Shown: positions 19,874 through 29,920, counted from the first letter of the stretch. The stretch: DNA of 64,000 bases from an uncultured Candidatus Saccharibacteria bacterium (GCA_964649535.1 CAZYTF010000001.1:1521-65520); one strand, 5' to 3'. Translations and numbers: made by a program. The notes: generated from the sequence alone by a model not told the origin.

Positions 19874-20225
19874 CTTTGTAAAAGATCTTTGTAGTGGATT
19901 ATGCAGGAATACGTATATTTATCAAGCTTTTTGAATATGGTCACTCATTTTGGAGGTTTTGTTGCTAACTATAATTTTACCTACTGGAAAGTTTTTTTGT
20001 ATATAGCTATTTGTTATGTACATAGGTATTGTATAATTAAAGGACTTATACATCTAAGTACATACCAATGCGAATTTAATTTTTTGGAGAAATATTTAGT
20101 AGCGTAATCCACAATGTATGGCTGAGCGAATTGCCCACAAAAAAGAAAAGAAGAAACCAAAGAAGGACAAGACAGTGAAGAAATAAATATAAAGGCAGCA
20201 CTTCGGTGCTGCTTTTATATTTACA

Positions 20226-21521
20226 ATGTGCTGTACATCTGCGACTATGTTCTCTATGTCTACAAAAAAACTATGTGTGGGTTTGATTATTTACATCCTT
20301 GTTTTTCCTGGGAATGTTGCGTTGGCAAAAAATGATTCAGATACATTAGAATTACTCACGCATCAAATCACGGCACTTGAGAAATATATTGCACGCACGA
20401 ACCTTCGCATGGGGCTTTCTGAAGCCGTAGCTCTTCCTCGTGAAGACATGCGAGATGTAATAAAAAATGGAGTTGCTTGGCTTGTGGAAGCACAAGAGGG
20501 GACTGGTCATTTTGCATATGAATATTTGCCGTACAGTGATGAGTATAAGTATGGCGACAATATCGTGCGGCAGGCAGGTGCGCTGTACGCACTTACCGAA
20601 GTTGCTCGACGAGATGCTGTGGGAGATATGCATCGGTCTGCTGCTATCGAGGAAGCAGTAGTTTTTTTTGAAAATGCATCACTTGCACACACTTATGAAG
20701 GGAAGGAGGTTCGATGTCTTGCGAGAAACAAGGACAGTAAAACGTGCATCCTTGGCGCAACTGCTCTTGCGCTTGCGGGAGTACTTGGCTATGTTGAATC
20801 TGACCCAGCAAAAGCTAGTACGTACGAACATCTGATAGAAGGGTACATTTCATTTATCATGGCTTCCAAAAAAGAAGCCGCCGGTTTCCGTGATCAGTAT
20901 CGCATAGGGACGGGTTTTGTAGGTGATAAGGAGTCTTCGTTCTCAAACGGCGAAGCCTTGTTGGCTCTTGTTCGTTACTATCAGTATAGTCCGGACCAAG
21001 AAGTAAAAAGAATTATTGATGAAACTTTCTCTTATCTTGAAGTAATACCGTTTGATACCCCGCTGTACCTTTGGGCAATGGCAGCATTGAAAGACATGCA
21101 TGCACTTTGGCCAAGTGAAAAGTACACAACATATGGTGAGAAATTCACCGCTTGGCGCATGGGGTCGCTTTATAGAAGTCATGGCACCACTAGAAATTAT
21201 TGTGCCTCAACGGAAGGTTTGGCAAGCGCCTATACCCTTATTGAAGACTCTGCTTCAAAGGAGGTTCTAGAGCGTCTGCGAACAGAAATTGATTTTTGGA
21301 ATTTAAAAAATGTTGACTTACAAATTACATCAAATGATCTATACCGATTGGCTACACGCGAAGACGGAACGATCTTTTTGGAATTTGTGCAAAATCTGAA
21401 CAAAAGTAGGGGAGGCTTCTTAACAGCTGAAAACGAACTGACACAAAGAATCGATTTTACGCAACATTGTGTCAGTACCTATGTGCAAACGCTGGTTGAT
21501 ATTGATGGGCAGTTATTATAG
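20226..21521 (+). CDS. Secreted protein, possible alpha/alpha-toroid (prenyltransferase/terpene-cyclase-like repeats)
   Basis: Signal peptide. KNGVAWLVEAQEGTGHF resembles the QW-type repeat motif. Family assignment is low confidence. Confidence 0.45.
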   Translation: MCCTSATMFSMSTKKLCVGLIIYILVFPGNVALAKNDSDTLELLTHQITALEKYIARTNLRMGLSEAVALPREDMRDVIKNGVAWLVEAQEGTGHFAYEYLPYSDEYKYGDNIVRQAGALYALTEVARRDAVGDMHRSAAIEEAVVFFENASLAHTYEGKEVRCLARNKDSKTCILGATALALAGVLGYVESDPAKASTYEHLIEGYISFIMASKKEAAGFRDQYRIGTGFVGDKESSFSNGEALLALVRYYQYSPDQEVKRIIDETFSYLEVIPFDTPLYLWAMAALKDMHALWPSEKYTTYGEKFTAWRMGSLYRSHGTTRNYCASTEGLASAYTLIEDSASKEVLERLRTEIDFWNLKNVDLQITSNDLYRLATREDGTIFLEFVQNLNKSRGGFLTAENELTQRIDFTQHCVSTYVQTLVDIDGQLL

Positions 21522-21676
21522 GGACTTACGTTTATAAAAAATTGTAGCTAAAGAATGTTGCCCATTTGTTATATAAATTATGGCAGGGTGTAGGTTTCAA
21601 GCATGCAAATGGCCTAAACAAAACTAGCAAAATCAAGTACCTTGCATTGCATAGTACCTTGTGATAATATTTTGCT

Positions 21677-22087
21677 ATGGCAGATTCGTCACAAGATAGG
21701 AATCCTGGCAGCAATAACGAGCCAGTAATAAAAGACGTTTTGAAATACAATGTCGAAAATGCGCAGTCACAAATGCGAAAGGGTTTTTTGGAATTCCCTG
21801 TTCTTTTGATAATCGGTGCAAAGCCGACATATGCTCCAGATATTCTGAAGCAGCTTAAAAAGGCAAATTTATTAGTAGTAGAGGGTACATTATATCCTCT
21901 CTTATCGAGACTTAAGCGGCATGGCCTTGTTGGGTATGAATGGGAAGAGAGTAAAAGTGGCCCACCACGAAAAATGTACACCGTAACAGTCGAAGGAAAA
22001 GAAGTATTGCAGCAACTAGATGCGTCATGGAAAACTCTAGACACATCAGTAAATACACTAATCAAGCATTATGAAAAAGGTAATTAA
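21677..22087 (+). CDS. PadR-family transcriptional regulator
   Basis: GTLYPLLSRLKRHGLV...PRKMYTVT matches the PadR winged-helix signature. Confidence 0.8.
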   Translation: MADSSQDRNPGSNNEPVIKDVLKYNVENAQSQMRKGFLEFPVLLIIGAKPTYAPDILKQLKKANLLVVEGTLYPLLSRLKRHGLVGYEWEESKSGPPRKMYTVTVEGKEVLQQLDASWKTLDTSVNTLIKHYEKGN

Positions 22088-23306
22088 CATAACACTCGGA
22101 GGAATAGTTTTTGCTATAGAGCAAGATGCGTACGATACACTCGCTTCCTACCTTGAAGATATTAAAAAGAATCTTACTCTGACTGATGACGCCCAGGAAA
22201 TTGTGGGGGACATTGAAAGTGCAATTGCTGAGAAGTTTTCTGTACGCAAGCGTAATGAAAGGGTGGCAGTTACTGATGGGGATGTTGCGGCTGTGGTTTC
22301 TGAAATGGGCAGCCCTGCTGACTTTCGTGAAAGCGAAGATGCTGACACCACAAGTTCAGTGCATGCACAGGTTTCGTCAGACGCGACTGTTAAAAAGCGA
22401 CTGTATCGTGATACTGACGACGCTATCGTTGCTGGTGTTGCTTCGGGGCTCGCCAAGTATTTCGACATCGACCCTGTAATTGTGAGACTTGCTTTTGTTA
22501 TCTCAATTTTCTTCAATGGACTGGGCATCCTTGCATACAGTATCTTGTGGTTAGTTATTCCGAAGGCAGAAACCACTGCACAAAAATACGCTATGCGAGG
22601 TGAGAAGGTGACACTTAAAGAAATCACTGAACAAGTAAAAAAAAATTTGAAAGGTCTTGATGAAGTGGATATGAGTAGTGCAAAAAGTGCATGGACTCCA
22701 ATTCGAAATTTTCTCAACAAAGTATTTATTGTGCTCGGAATTATTGTGCTGGCCTTTGTAAGGATGCTTCGATATCTGGGAGGCTTCTTGGTTCTGATGG
22801 TCGGTGCTTTTTCACTCGCAGCACTAGTCTCTGTATATAGTGTTGTGTTGTTATCTGATCAAATATTTATACCTACTGAAGCTCAGACTGCTGTTAGCAT
22901 TATGGTCAGCAGCGTTTCAGGTATTCTAGCCATCGCCTCTTCTTTTGTTGTTTCTGCTATTCCGTTACTCTTTTTGATTTTGATTGGTGGAAGTTTGCTT
23001 GTAAAACGAAACTTATGTACTGCTTCGAAAACTATTACACTTGTAGTGGTATGGATTATCGCTATCGTACTTGCGGTTACAGCTTCAGCTCTGCAGGTGG
23101 AAAAGGTTATGCATGCTTTGAGTACTGATAGTTTTAAACATGACGAGTACCAAGTCTACATTAATCTAGGAGAAAGTGATGAAAATGAAGACTCAGTTGA
23201 GTTGCGGTGGGGGGATGAAGAAATGTCTATTGTATCTACAGAGTCACAAGATTTGCCTGATGCTCTAGCTTCAGAAGAAAGTTCAATTGAGTTCGATGCG
23301 CAATAA
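22071..23306 (+). CDS. PspC-domain membrane protein (DUF1700-like N-terminus)
   Basis: LYRDTDDAIVAGVASGLAKYFDIDPVIVRLAFV is the PspC domain. Followed by multiple TM helices and an acidic C-terminus. Overlaps PadR, an operon-like layout. Confidence 0.7.
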   Translation: MKKVINITLGGIVFAIEQDAYDTLASYLEDIKKNLTLTDDAQEIVGDIESAIAEKFSVRKRNERVAVTDGDVAAVVSEMGSPADFRESEDADTTSSVHAQVSSDATVKKRLYRDTDDAIVAGVASGLAKYFDIDPVIVRLAFVISIFFNGLGILAYSILWLVIPKAETTAQKYAMRGEKVTLKEITEQVKKNLKGLDEVDMSSAKSAWTPIRNFLNKVFIVLGIIVLAFVRMLRYLGGFLVLMVGAFSLAALVSVYSVVLLSDQIFIPTEAQTAVSIMVSSVSGILAIASSFVVSAIPLLFLILIGGSLLVKRNLCTASKTITLVVVWIIAIVLAVTASALQVEKVMHALSTDSFKHDEYQVYINLGESDENEDSVELRWGDEEMSIVSTESQDLPDALASEESSIEFDAQ

Positions 23307-23391
23307 AATTACAGGATAAAAATGTGTAGATTAAATCTACACATTGACTTATTTAGGTTGCAATTTGGCCATAAAGGGGGATAATTTAGAC

Positions 23392-23871
23392 ATGAGGTTA
23401 TTATCAAACATTTTGTTTGTCGTGAGTGCTATATTTATTTTGGCTTGCGTTGGGTTGTATTTATTTAGTACTGCCCAAATTGCAGAAGCTCCAGTGATGG
23501 ATGTAGGTAGTGTAGACACAGCTGAGTCAGTAGTCATGGTTTCAGTCAATTCTTTTGAAGAGTGTGCAGCAGTTGGTAATCCTGTAATGATGTCTAGTCC
23601 AGCGCAGTGTCGCCACAATGGTGTGCTTTATACTGAGGAAGCTGTAGTTTCAGCTGAGCCGCAAGAAGGTGAAACTGTTTGTTCTCCTGAATCGAAGTTA
23701 GCCGAAGTTTGCACAATGGAATATGCGCCAGTGTGTGGTTTGGTGCAGGTACAGTGCGTGACTACACCGTGTAACCATGTTCCGGAAACTTTTTCAAACG
23801 ACTGCATGGCGTGTGCACAAGAAAATGTTATTTCGTATAAAGAAGGTGAGTGTTCACTAGAAGTTCAATAA
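23392..23871 (+). CDS. Secreted Cys-rich protein with a Kazal-like domain
   Basis: Signal/TM anchor. CTMEYAPVCG...TFSNDCMAC matches the Kazal Cys spacing and the Y-x-PVCG and N-x-C motifs. AAAGGGGG ribosome-binding site. Confidence 0.55.
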   Translation: MRLLSNILFVVSAIFILACVGLYLFSTAQIAEAPVMDVGSVDTAESVVMVSVNSFEECAAVGNPVMMSSPAQCRHNGVLYTEEAVVSAEPQEGETVCSPESKLAEVCTMEYAPVCGLVQVQCVTTPCNHVPETFSNDCMACAQENVISYKEGECSLEVQ

Positions 23872-24197
23872 TTATGTTTGCAATAATAAAAGGTTATATA
23901 GCGTATATAAAAGATAATCCTGAGGGCTTTTGGTTTAAACGAAAAGCATACGGCTATGGTTGGACGCCAGCAACAATAGAAGGTTGGCTTGTGACACTCG
24001 GTTCTTTTCTCTTTATACTCGGCATTGTGTTGCGAGCTGACCGTCTGGAAATTAAAGAAAGTGAAGCGCTTATACAAGTAGTTATCCCGATGTTTACGGT
24101 GATAGGGTTTCTTATTTTGATTTGTTTAAAGACAGGAGAGTCTCCAAAGTGGCAGTGGAAATTGCCAAAAAAATATTTCGAAGACACTAAAGATTAG
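23850..24197 (+). CDS. Small membrane protein, unknown function
   Basis: Two predicted TM helices. The start codon is ambiguous. Confidence 0.35.
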   Translation: MFTRSSIIMFAIIKGYIAYIKDNPEGFWFKRKAYGYGWTPATIEGWLVTLGSFLFILGIVLRADRLEIKESEALIQVVIPMFTVIGFLILICLKTGESPKWQWKLPKKYFEDTKD

Positions 24198-26275
24198 ACT
24201 GCTTGCCATTTTTTTAAAAATTTTGATAGTACAAGTGAGGCAACAAAGATGACTACCGAAAGACCAAGATATTTTGGGTCGAGGGTATTAAATGATATTC
24301 CATCCATTTTGAATGATTCAATATCAAGTGATGCGCCGATTGAAACAAAAGTTGCGGTGCCCAAAAGAATCCCCACAAAAGTCGCTGCAATAAATGGAAC
24401 AAATGCAGTCTTTAGTATCCCCGCAATATAACTCACACCATCAAATGGCAGGAAGATAAGTCGCATGGTTAGTATTGAAATGAATGTATTTTTTTGGAGA
24501 GAGGTAACCCAATTCCCAATGATTGAATCTTCTGGAGATAATCCCTTTCCAAAAAAACGCCCAACGGCATACGCAACACCTGAAGATAAAGTTGCTGCGA
24601 GTATGGTAAGTACAGTACCGCCCCAGAAGCCAAAAAATATACCCGAAAGTATCGTGAGTGCTGTGGCAGGGAAGAAGGTAAGTGGTCGTAGCGCATATAC
24701 CAGCACATAAAGCAGTGGTCCCCAGATGGTCATGGTGATGAAGTCAAAAATCATCAGCGCTGTTTCTGTCGTACCCATTCCATGTGCAGTTTTATAAATA
24801 TAAAGCTGCAAAAGACCCATAAGCCATAGAGCTCCTACAAGAATTTTAGGAGTGTGTTTTTTGAGTAGATATAAAATGTCTGATTTTAAATTTGAAATTT
24901 GCTGGGCAAAGAAATGATCACCTGCTTTCTTGACGACAAGTGAGTACGTTGGATATGCATACATAATGTTGCGCAAACTCCACATGGAAATCTTTTTATC
25001 TAGAGCAAGTGTAAAAATTGATATGAGTTCACCTGCGGATGGTCCGATTATGTTCGCTCCAAGCACGGCCCCATTAAGCCTCTTTGCATACACGACGAGA
25101 AGCCCATCTGTGTCGCTATCTGTTTGAGCTCTATCGTTTTCTAGGAAAGGAACCTCAATGCGCATGACTTCTTTTTCCGTATATTTTTGAAGTGCGTCTT
25201 GGTATGACATGCCGACTTGTGCGATTTCTGGTTCAGTATAGGTTACTTTTGGAACTGCTTTTTTATTGTCTGCACGTAGGAATCCCTTTGAGACAACATG
25301 TGTAACAACTTGCCGTGCGCTATCGTTTGCCGTGTGCGTAAATTTTAAACGTTGTGCAATATCACCAACAGCGTATACATGTTTATTTGAGGTGCGGTGC
25401 TGTTTGTCGACTTGGATGCCGTATGTATCTGCTGCAATTCCTGCGGTGTCTAATCCTTTTGGGAAATTGGGCAAACGACCAACTGCATAGAGGATTTTGT
25501 CATACGCGACACGTACTTCAGTGAGTGTCGATTCGTTACCGTTTTCCTTGATCTCAAATAGGGCTTGTTTGTTTTCGACTTCTTTTATAAACGCATTGAG
25601 GTGTATGGTTATTCCTAAATTGGTGAAAACTTTTTGGATAATAGGCGATACTGCTTCGTCTTCGAGTCGCGCAAAACGGTCGTTTACATCGGCAATGGTT
25701 ACGTTACTCCCAAGCATTGCAAACGCTTGTCCCATCTCCATGCCAATCGGTCCTGCACCTACGATGAGTAATCGTTCGGGAACGGTTTCTAAATCAAAGA
25801 TATTTTGATTTGTGAGAATGTCGTTCTGGCTAATTCCAGGGACGTTAATCATTCGTGGGCTTGAGCCGGTCGCAATGACGGCATGTTTGTAACCAAACTC
25901 TGATTCTTCAATTTTGATAGTGCATGGTGCAACAAATTCCGCTTCTCCAAATTCAACGTCAATACCTTGAGCACGAAACGCCTCAGGAGTTTCGTGCTCC
26001 AAAATACCTTCAACCTTACTTCGTACATATACAAAAGCATTCGTGCGGTATGCTTCATTTTTTTTGTTTTTACCAGAGATAGTGAGTGCACTATGGAATG
26101 ATTTTGCATGATGTAGTAATGCTTTAGACGGTATACACCCGGAGTTGGTGCATTCTCCTCCCATATGTTCTTGTTCTACAAGCAATGTTTTTCTTCCAAT
26201 TTTAGCGAAACCGGTAGCGGCAGTAAGTCCGCCTGAGCCTGCACCAATCACCACAACATCGTAGTCTTTTTTCAT
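24194..26275 (-). CDS. Fusion protein: N-terminal FAD/NAD(P) pyridine-nucleotide-disulfide oxidoreductase (lipoamide/mercuric-reductase-like) plus C-terminal DedA/TVP38 (SNARE-associated) membrane domain
   Basis: DYDVVVIGAGSGG and the redox-active GGECTNSGCIPSK disulfide motif at the N-terminus. The C-terminal roughly 230 aa are polytopic with the DedA-like segment FPATALTILSGIFFG. Confidence 0.8.
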   Translation of the reverse strand: MKKDYDVVVIGAGSGGLTAATGFAKIGRKTLLVEQEHMGGECTNSGCIPSKALLHHAKSFHSALTISGKNKKNEAYRTNAFVYVRSKVEGILEHETPEAFRAQGIDVEFGEAEFVAPCTIKIEESEFGYKHAVIATGSSPRMINVPGISQNDILTNQNIFDLETVPERLLIVGAGPIGMEMGQAFAMLGSNVTIADVNDRFARLEDEAVSPIIQKVFTNLGITIHLNAFIKEVENKQALFEIKENGNESTLTEVRVAYDKILYAVGRLPNFPKGLDTAGIAADTYGIQVDKQHRTSNKHVYAVGDIAQRLKFTHTANDSARQVVTHVVSKGFLRADNKKAVPKVTYTEPEIAQVGMSYQDALQKYTEKEVMRIEVPFLENDRAQTDSDTDGLLVVYAKRLNGAVLGANIIGPSAGELISIFTLALDKKISMWSLRNIMYAYPTYSLVVKKAGDHFFAQQISNLKSDILYLLKKHTPKILVGALWLMGLLQLYIYKTAHGMGTTETALMIFDFITMTIWGPLLYVLVYALRPLTFFPATALTILSGIFFGFWGGTVLTILAATLSSGVAYAVGRFFGKGLSPEDSIIGNWVTSLQKNTFISILTMRLIFLPFDGVSYIAGILKTAFVPFIAATFVGILLGTATFVSIGASLDIESFKMDGISFNTLDPKYLGLSVVIFVASLVLSKFLKKWQAV

Positions 26276-26291
26276 GCATATAGTATATCGT

Positions 26292-26370
26292 ACGTGCTTT
26301 ACTTTTGTTTTTTTAAAAAAGAAAATACCTCATGTGTATTCTCTTTGAGAAATGTACATGAGGTATTGGA
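26292..26370 (-). terminator. 12-bp inverted repeat plus U-run downstream of the gene at 26404..26871
   Basis: aatacctcatgt ... acatgaggtatt, with an A/T run beyond it on the minus strand. Confidence 0.4.
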
Positions 26371-26403
26371 CTGAAAGGCGTCCCCTGAAAGCCTCTCAAA
26401 TTT

Positions 26404-26871
26404 TCAACTACCCTCTGGTGATTTCACCAGCGTTCGGGGCGATGTCATTAACCCTGCTCTCAGGGTTTTATTGAAAGCATCTTGATCCGCTGCTCGACGC
26501 AAGCCATAATTAATGTAGAGTAGGTACTCTGTTTTTTCGGCAATATTTACGCTATTGAGGGTCAGTTTTCCCTCTTTCGCAACAAACGAGAACTCACAAA
26601 GTTTTTTTGGGCAAATCCCGGCAAAGTCAAACTGGACATCTTCGAAGAGGATGAATGGCAATTCAGCATCGTCTCCGATTGTTGCAATTGTTTGCATTTC
26701 GATTCGTTCGTCAGCCAAGGAGGTATTCCCTTGCGGGACTTGTTCTGCAAGGCTGATGTCAACAATTTTCCTGCTATCACCTCCCACGCTTCCTTGGTCA
26801 GCAAGGACCGGAGACAGATTTGCGAAAAAAATGACAGCAGCGAGGGCAGGTGTGATGAACTTACTACGCAT
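26404..26871 (-). CDS. Secreted hypothetical protein
   Basis: Signal peptide MRSKFITPALAAVIFFANLSPVLA. No family recognised. Confidence 0.45.
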   Translation of the reverse strand: MRSKFITPALAAVIFFANLSPVLADQGSVGGDSRKIVDISLAEQVPQGNTSLADERIEMQTIATIGDDAELPFILFEDVQFDFAGICPKKLCEFSFVAKEGKLTLNSVNIAEKTEYLLYINYGLRRAADQDAFNKTLRAGLMTSPRTLVKSPEGS

Positions 26872-27144
26872 TGGATTTTTCTCCGTGTAGCGCTGAGGGG
26901 GTTCGTAGGTACCCCTCAATATACCTGTAGCCCACCATAACATGTTTTATTTGAAAGTCATTAAATGTCCAAAATCACTAGATTTTGAGCTAAAGGCTGT
27001 TGCTAAAGGGTGTGTAATACCGTATAGTACTGGCCAACAAGCCTTACGGCTGTTTTCTATTTGCGTGAGTGGACAGCCTTGGCGTCAGCATTTGCACCAA
27101 TAGGGAGGTTATACATATATATTAGCTAAATATTATAAAAAATT

Positions 27145-29331
27145 ATGGCACGAGCATTTCCACTCGAAAAACTACGCAACTTCGGTATTGTTGCGCACGT
27201 TGACGCAGGTAAGACAACTACATCTGAACGAATTCTGTTCTACACAGGTATGAGTCACAAAATTGGTGAAGTGCACGATGGTGCAACGGTTACTGACTGG
27301 ATGGATCAAGAGCGAGAGCGGGGTATTACTATTACTGCGGCTGCAATTTCTTGTAACTGGTCTAAAACGCTTGAAGAAGATCGAAAGGACAAAAGCAAAA
27401 TGTTCACGTTTAACATTATTGATACTCCAGGTCACATCGACTTTACTGCGGAAGTAAAGCGTTCGATGCGTGTGCTTGACGGTGCTGTTGTTGTATTTGA
27501 CGGTGCCGCAGGTGTTGAGCCGCAAACAGAAACAAACTGGGGATACGCTGACGAAGCTGCAGTGCCTCGAATCTGTTTTGTAAACAAAATGGACAAACTC
27601 GGCGCTGACTTTGACGCTTCAGTAAAGTCTATTGAAGAACGACTTTCAAAGAAAGCATGCCGAATCCAGATTCCTATGGGAGCTGAAGACAACATGCGAG
27701 GCGTGGTTGATCTTATCGCGATGAAGTCATACACATTTGCTGGTGAAATGGGAATGGAAGTTACCGAAGCTGAAATTCCTGAAGAATTCCTTGCGGAAGC
27801 TACTGCTCGACGAGCTGAGCTTATTGAACGTGTTGTGGAACATGATGATGTGCTTATGGAAGCGTTTCTTGAAGGAAACGAGCCAACAAATGAAGATCTC
27901 AAAAAAACACTTCGGAAAGCAGTGCTCGCAAATGAGATTTTTCCAGTCATGACCGGAACGGCTCTAAAAAATATCGGTGTACAGCTCGTGCTCGATGCAG
28001 TGGTGGATTACCTCCCGTCACCACTAGACCTGCCTCCGACTCACGGAACAGATCCAAAAGACGAGGAAGTTGTTGTTGAACGCAACCCTTCTGACGAAGA
28101 GCCATTCTCTGCGCTTGTGTTTAAGCTCCAGGATGACAAATTCGTTGGACAGCTTGCATTCTTTCGTGTGTATTCTGGTGCTGTAAAAGCAGGAAGTTAC
28201 ATCCTCAACTCTTCAACAGGGGACAAAGAGCGAGTAGGACGAATCGTTCGACTTATGGCTGATAAACGAGAAGAAGTCGATGAAGTGTACGCAGGAGAAA
28301 TTGCTGCAGCAGTAGGTATCAAAGAAGTTAAGACTTCGCATACACTTTGTGACGTAAATGCTCCAATTCTTCTTGAAACAATCACGTTTCCAGAGCCAGT
28401 AGTTGCGGTGCGTGTTGAACCTAAGACAAAGCAAGACCAGGAAAAGATGGGTGTTGCACTTAAGCGTCTTTCAGACGAAGACCCAACATTCAAGGTTTCA
28501 ACAGACGATGAAACAATGGAAACGATTATTGCAGGTATGGGTGAACTCCACCTCGACATTATTGTCGACCGTATGAAGCGAGAATTTGGTGTTGAAGCAA
28601 ATATCGGCCAGCCACAAGTTGCGTACCGAGAAACAATTCAGCGCGAAGCTGAGGCAGAGCACAAATACATCAAACAGTCAGGTGGTCGTGGACAGTACGG
28701 TCACGTTAAGATTCGTATCAAGCCACTTGAGCCACTTGCTAAAGATGCAGACGGTGAAGACGAAAAAGTTGCCAAGAATGTGACCCGTGAAGATCACTTT
28801 GAATTTATCAACAGTATTAAGGGAGGTGTTATTCCGCAGGAATACATTTCTCCTGTTATGAAGGGATGTAAGGAAGCAATGGCGCGAGGTGCAGTTGCTG
28901 GATACAAGATGGAAGATGTGTCAGTAGAGCTCTACGATGGTTCATTCCATGACGTGGACTCGTCTGAAATTGCCTTTAAACTTGCCGGCATTAATGCCTT
29001 CAAGGAGGCTGCGCGAAGAGCTAACGCTGTTATTCTTGAGCCGATTATGAAGGTTGAGGTGCGTACTCCAGAAGAATATCTTGGAGATATCAATGGGAAT
29101 ATCTCTTCAAAGCGTGGACAAGTCGAAGCGTCTGAAGAACTTGGAGGTAAAACTATTGTGCACGCAAAAGTCCCTCTTTCAGAAATGTTTGGGTATACAA
29201 ACTCATTGCGTTCGATGACACAAGGACGTGCGTCCATGACAATGGAGTTTGATCACTACGAAGTGGTGCCTCCAAATGTTGCGGAAGAAATTAAGAAAGC
29301 CCGCGGAGTGAAGACTGAAGAGGAGGTGTAA
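27145..29331 (+). CDS. fusA: Elongation factor G
   Basis: 728 aa with the G domain AHVDAGKTT, DTPGHIDF, NKMD, and conserved domains II-V. Confidence 0.95.
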   Translation: MARAFPLEKLRNFGIVAHVDAGKTTTSERILFYTGMSHKIGEVHDGATVTDWMDQERERGITITAAAISCNWSKTLEEDRKDKSKMFTFNIIDTPGHIDFTAEVKRSMRVLDGAVVVFDGAAGVEPQTETNWGYADEAAVPRICFVNKMDKLGADFDASVKSIEERLSKKACRIQIPMGAEDNMRGVVDLIAMKSYTFAGEMGMEVTEAEIPEEFLAEATARRAELIERVVEHDDVLMEAFLEGNEPTNEDLKKTLRKAVLANEIFPVMTGTALKNIGVQLVLDAVVDYLPSPLDLPPTHGTDPKDEEVVVERNPSDEEPFSALVFKLQDDKFVGQLAFFRVYSGAVKAGSYILNSSTGDKERVGRIVRLMADKREEVDEVYAGEIAAAVGIKEVKTSHTLCDVNAPILLETITFPEPVVAVRVEPKTKQDQEKMGVALKRLSDEDPTFKVSTDDETMETIIAGMGELHLDIIVDRMKREFGVEANIGQPQVAYRETIQREAEAEHKYIKQSGGRGQYGHVKIRIKPLEPLAKDADGEDEKVAKNVTREDHFEFINSIKGGVIPQEYISPVMKGCKEAMARGAVAGYKMEDVSVELYDGSFHDVDSSEIAFKLAGINAFKEAARRANAVILEPIMKVEVRTPEEYLGDINGNISSKRGQVEASEELGGKTIVHAKVPLSEMFGYTNSLRSMTQGRASMTMEFDHYEVVPPNVAEEIKKARGVKTEEEV

Positions 29332-29350
29332 GGGTTGAAATATATAATGC

Positions 29351-29381
29351 AAAAAGTGCGAGGGCTAAGCCCTTGCACTTT
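29351..29381 (+). terminator. Intrinsic terminator after fusA
   Basis: 11-bp stem agtgcgagggc/gcccttgcact followed by a T-run. Confidence 0.6.
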
Positions 29382-29388
29382 TTACATA

Positions 29389-29428
29389 TAAAACCCGGTA
29401 GCTCACAAGCTTCCGGGTTGGGTGATTT
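29389..29428 (+). terminator. Second hairpin after fusA
   Basis: aacccgg-(14 nt)-ccgggtt. Confidence 0.4.
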
Positions 29429-29433
29429 TAGTT

Positions 29434-29619
29434 TCAACGCACCTGCTCAATGGTTGCAGATGCAAACTCAGTTTCAGAGTTGCGATATGAAACAATAGGT
29501 CTGCTTTTCTCGATGTGCATCGTGCTGGCAAGCCATATTAGGCATAGCGCAGGCAAGCCCATAACACAAAGTGCTGGCAAGCAGATGTAAAGAGTTCTCA
29601 AGAAACTTCTTTTCATCAT
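29434..29619 (-). CDS. Small membrane protein (61 aa)
   Basis: GGGAG ribosome-binding site and one TM helix. Confidence 0.35.
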   Translation of the reverse strand: MMKRSFLRTLYICLPALCVMGLPALCLIWLASTMHIEKSRPIVSYRNSETEFASATIEQVR

Positions 29620-29703
29620 TACTCCACTCCCTTTGTTGTAAGTACAGGATACTATTGTTCCTCACATTTGCCTAGTATATGATGCAAAAAATACTAAAAA
29701 ACC

Positions 29704-29731
29704 CTTGCAAAAACGCATTGCTCATGTACAA
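29704..29731 (+). promoter_or_regulatory. Sigma70-like promoter for tuf
   Basis: TTGCAA, a 16-nt spacer, then TACAAT, about 190 nt upstream of tuf. Confidence 0.4.
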
Positions 29732-29920
29732 TACCGCCACCGCTTCGGCTTTTTGCTGGAAGTGGAGTAATCATATGATGCTCCTTTACACTCTTGCTGA
29801 GTGAGCAGACGTAGTGCGATGTTCTCGCGGAACTACTTCTGAATGCTCAGACAAAGCTTTTTATTTTATTAAAAGCAGCCGTGTGCGGTAATTTATTAAA
29901 GGTAATTAATCTTACTATTT

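Noticed and set aside
20127-20195. 22-aa highly basic micro-ORF (MAERIAHKKEKKKPKKDKTVKK) followed by a terminator
   Set aside because: No Shine-Dalgarno sequence and no resemblance to known small ribosomal proteins. It could equally be the A-rich 5' leader of the downstream secreted-protein gene.
27432-27950. 172-aa minus-strand ORF inside fusA. The same applies to 30217..30720 inside tuf, 44490..45011 inside rplF, 45675..46052 inside rpsE, 41203..41757 over rplE, and 42181..42645 inside hflK.
   Set aside because: Antisense ORFs within highly conserved genes. Compositionally biased (S/T/R-rich) with no motifs.
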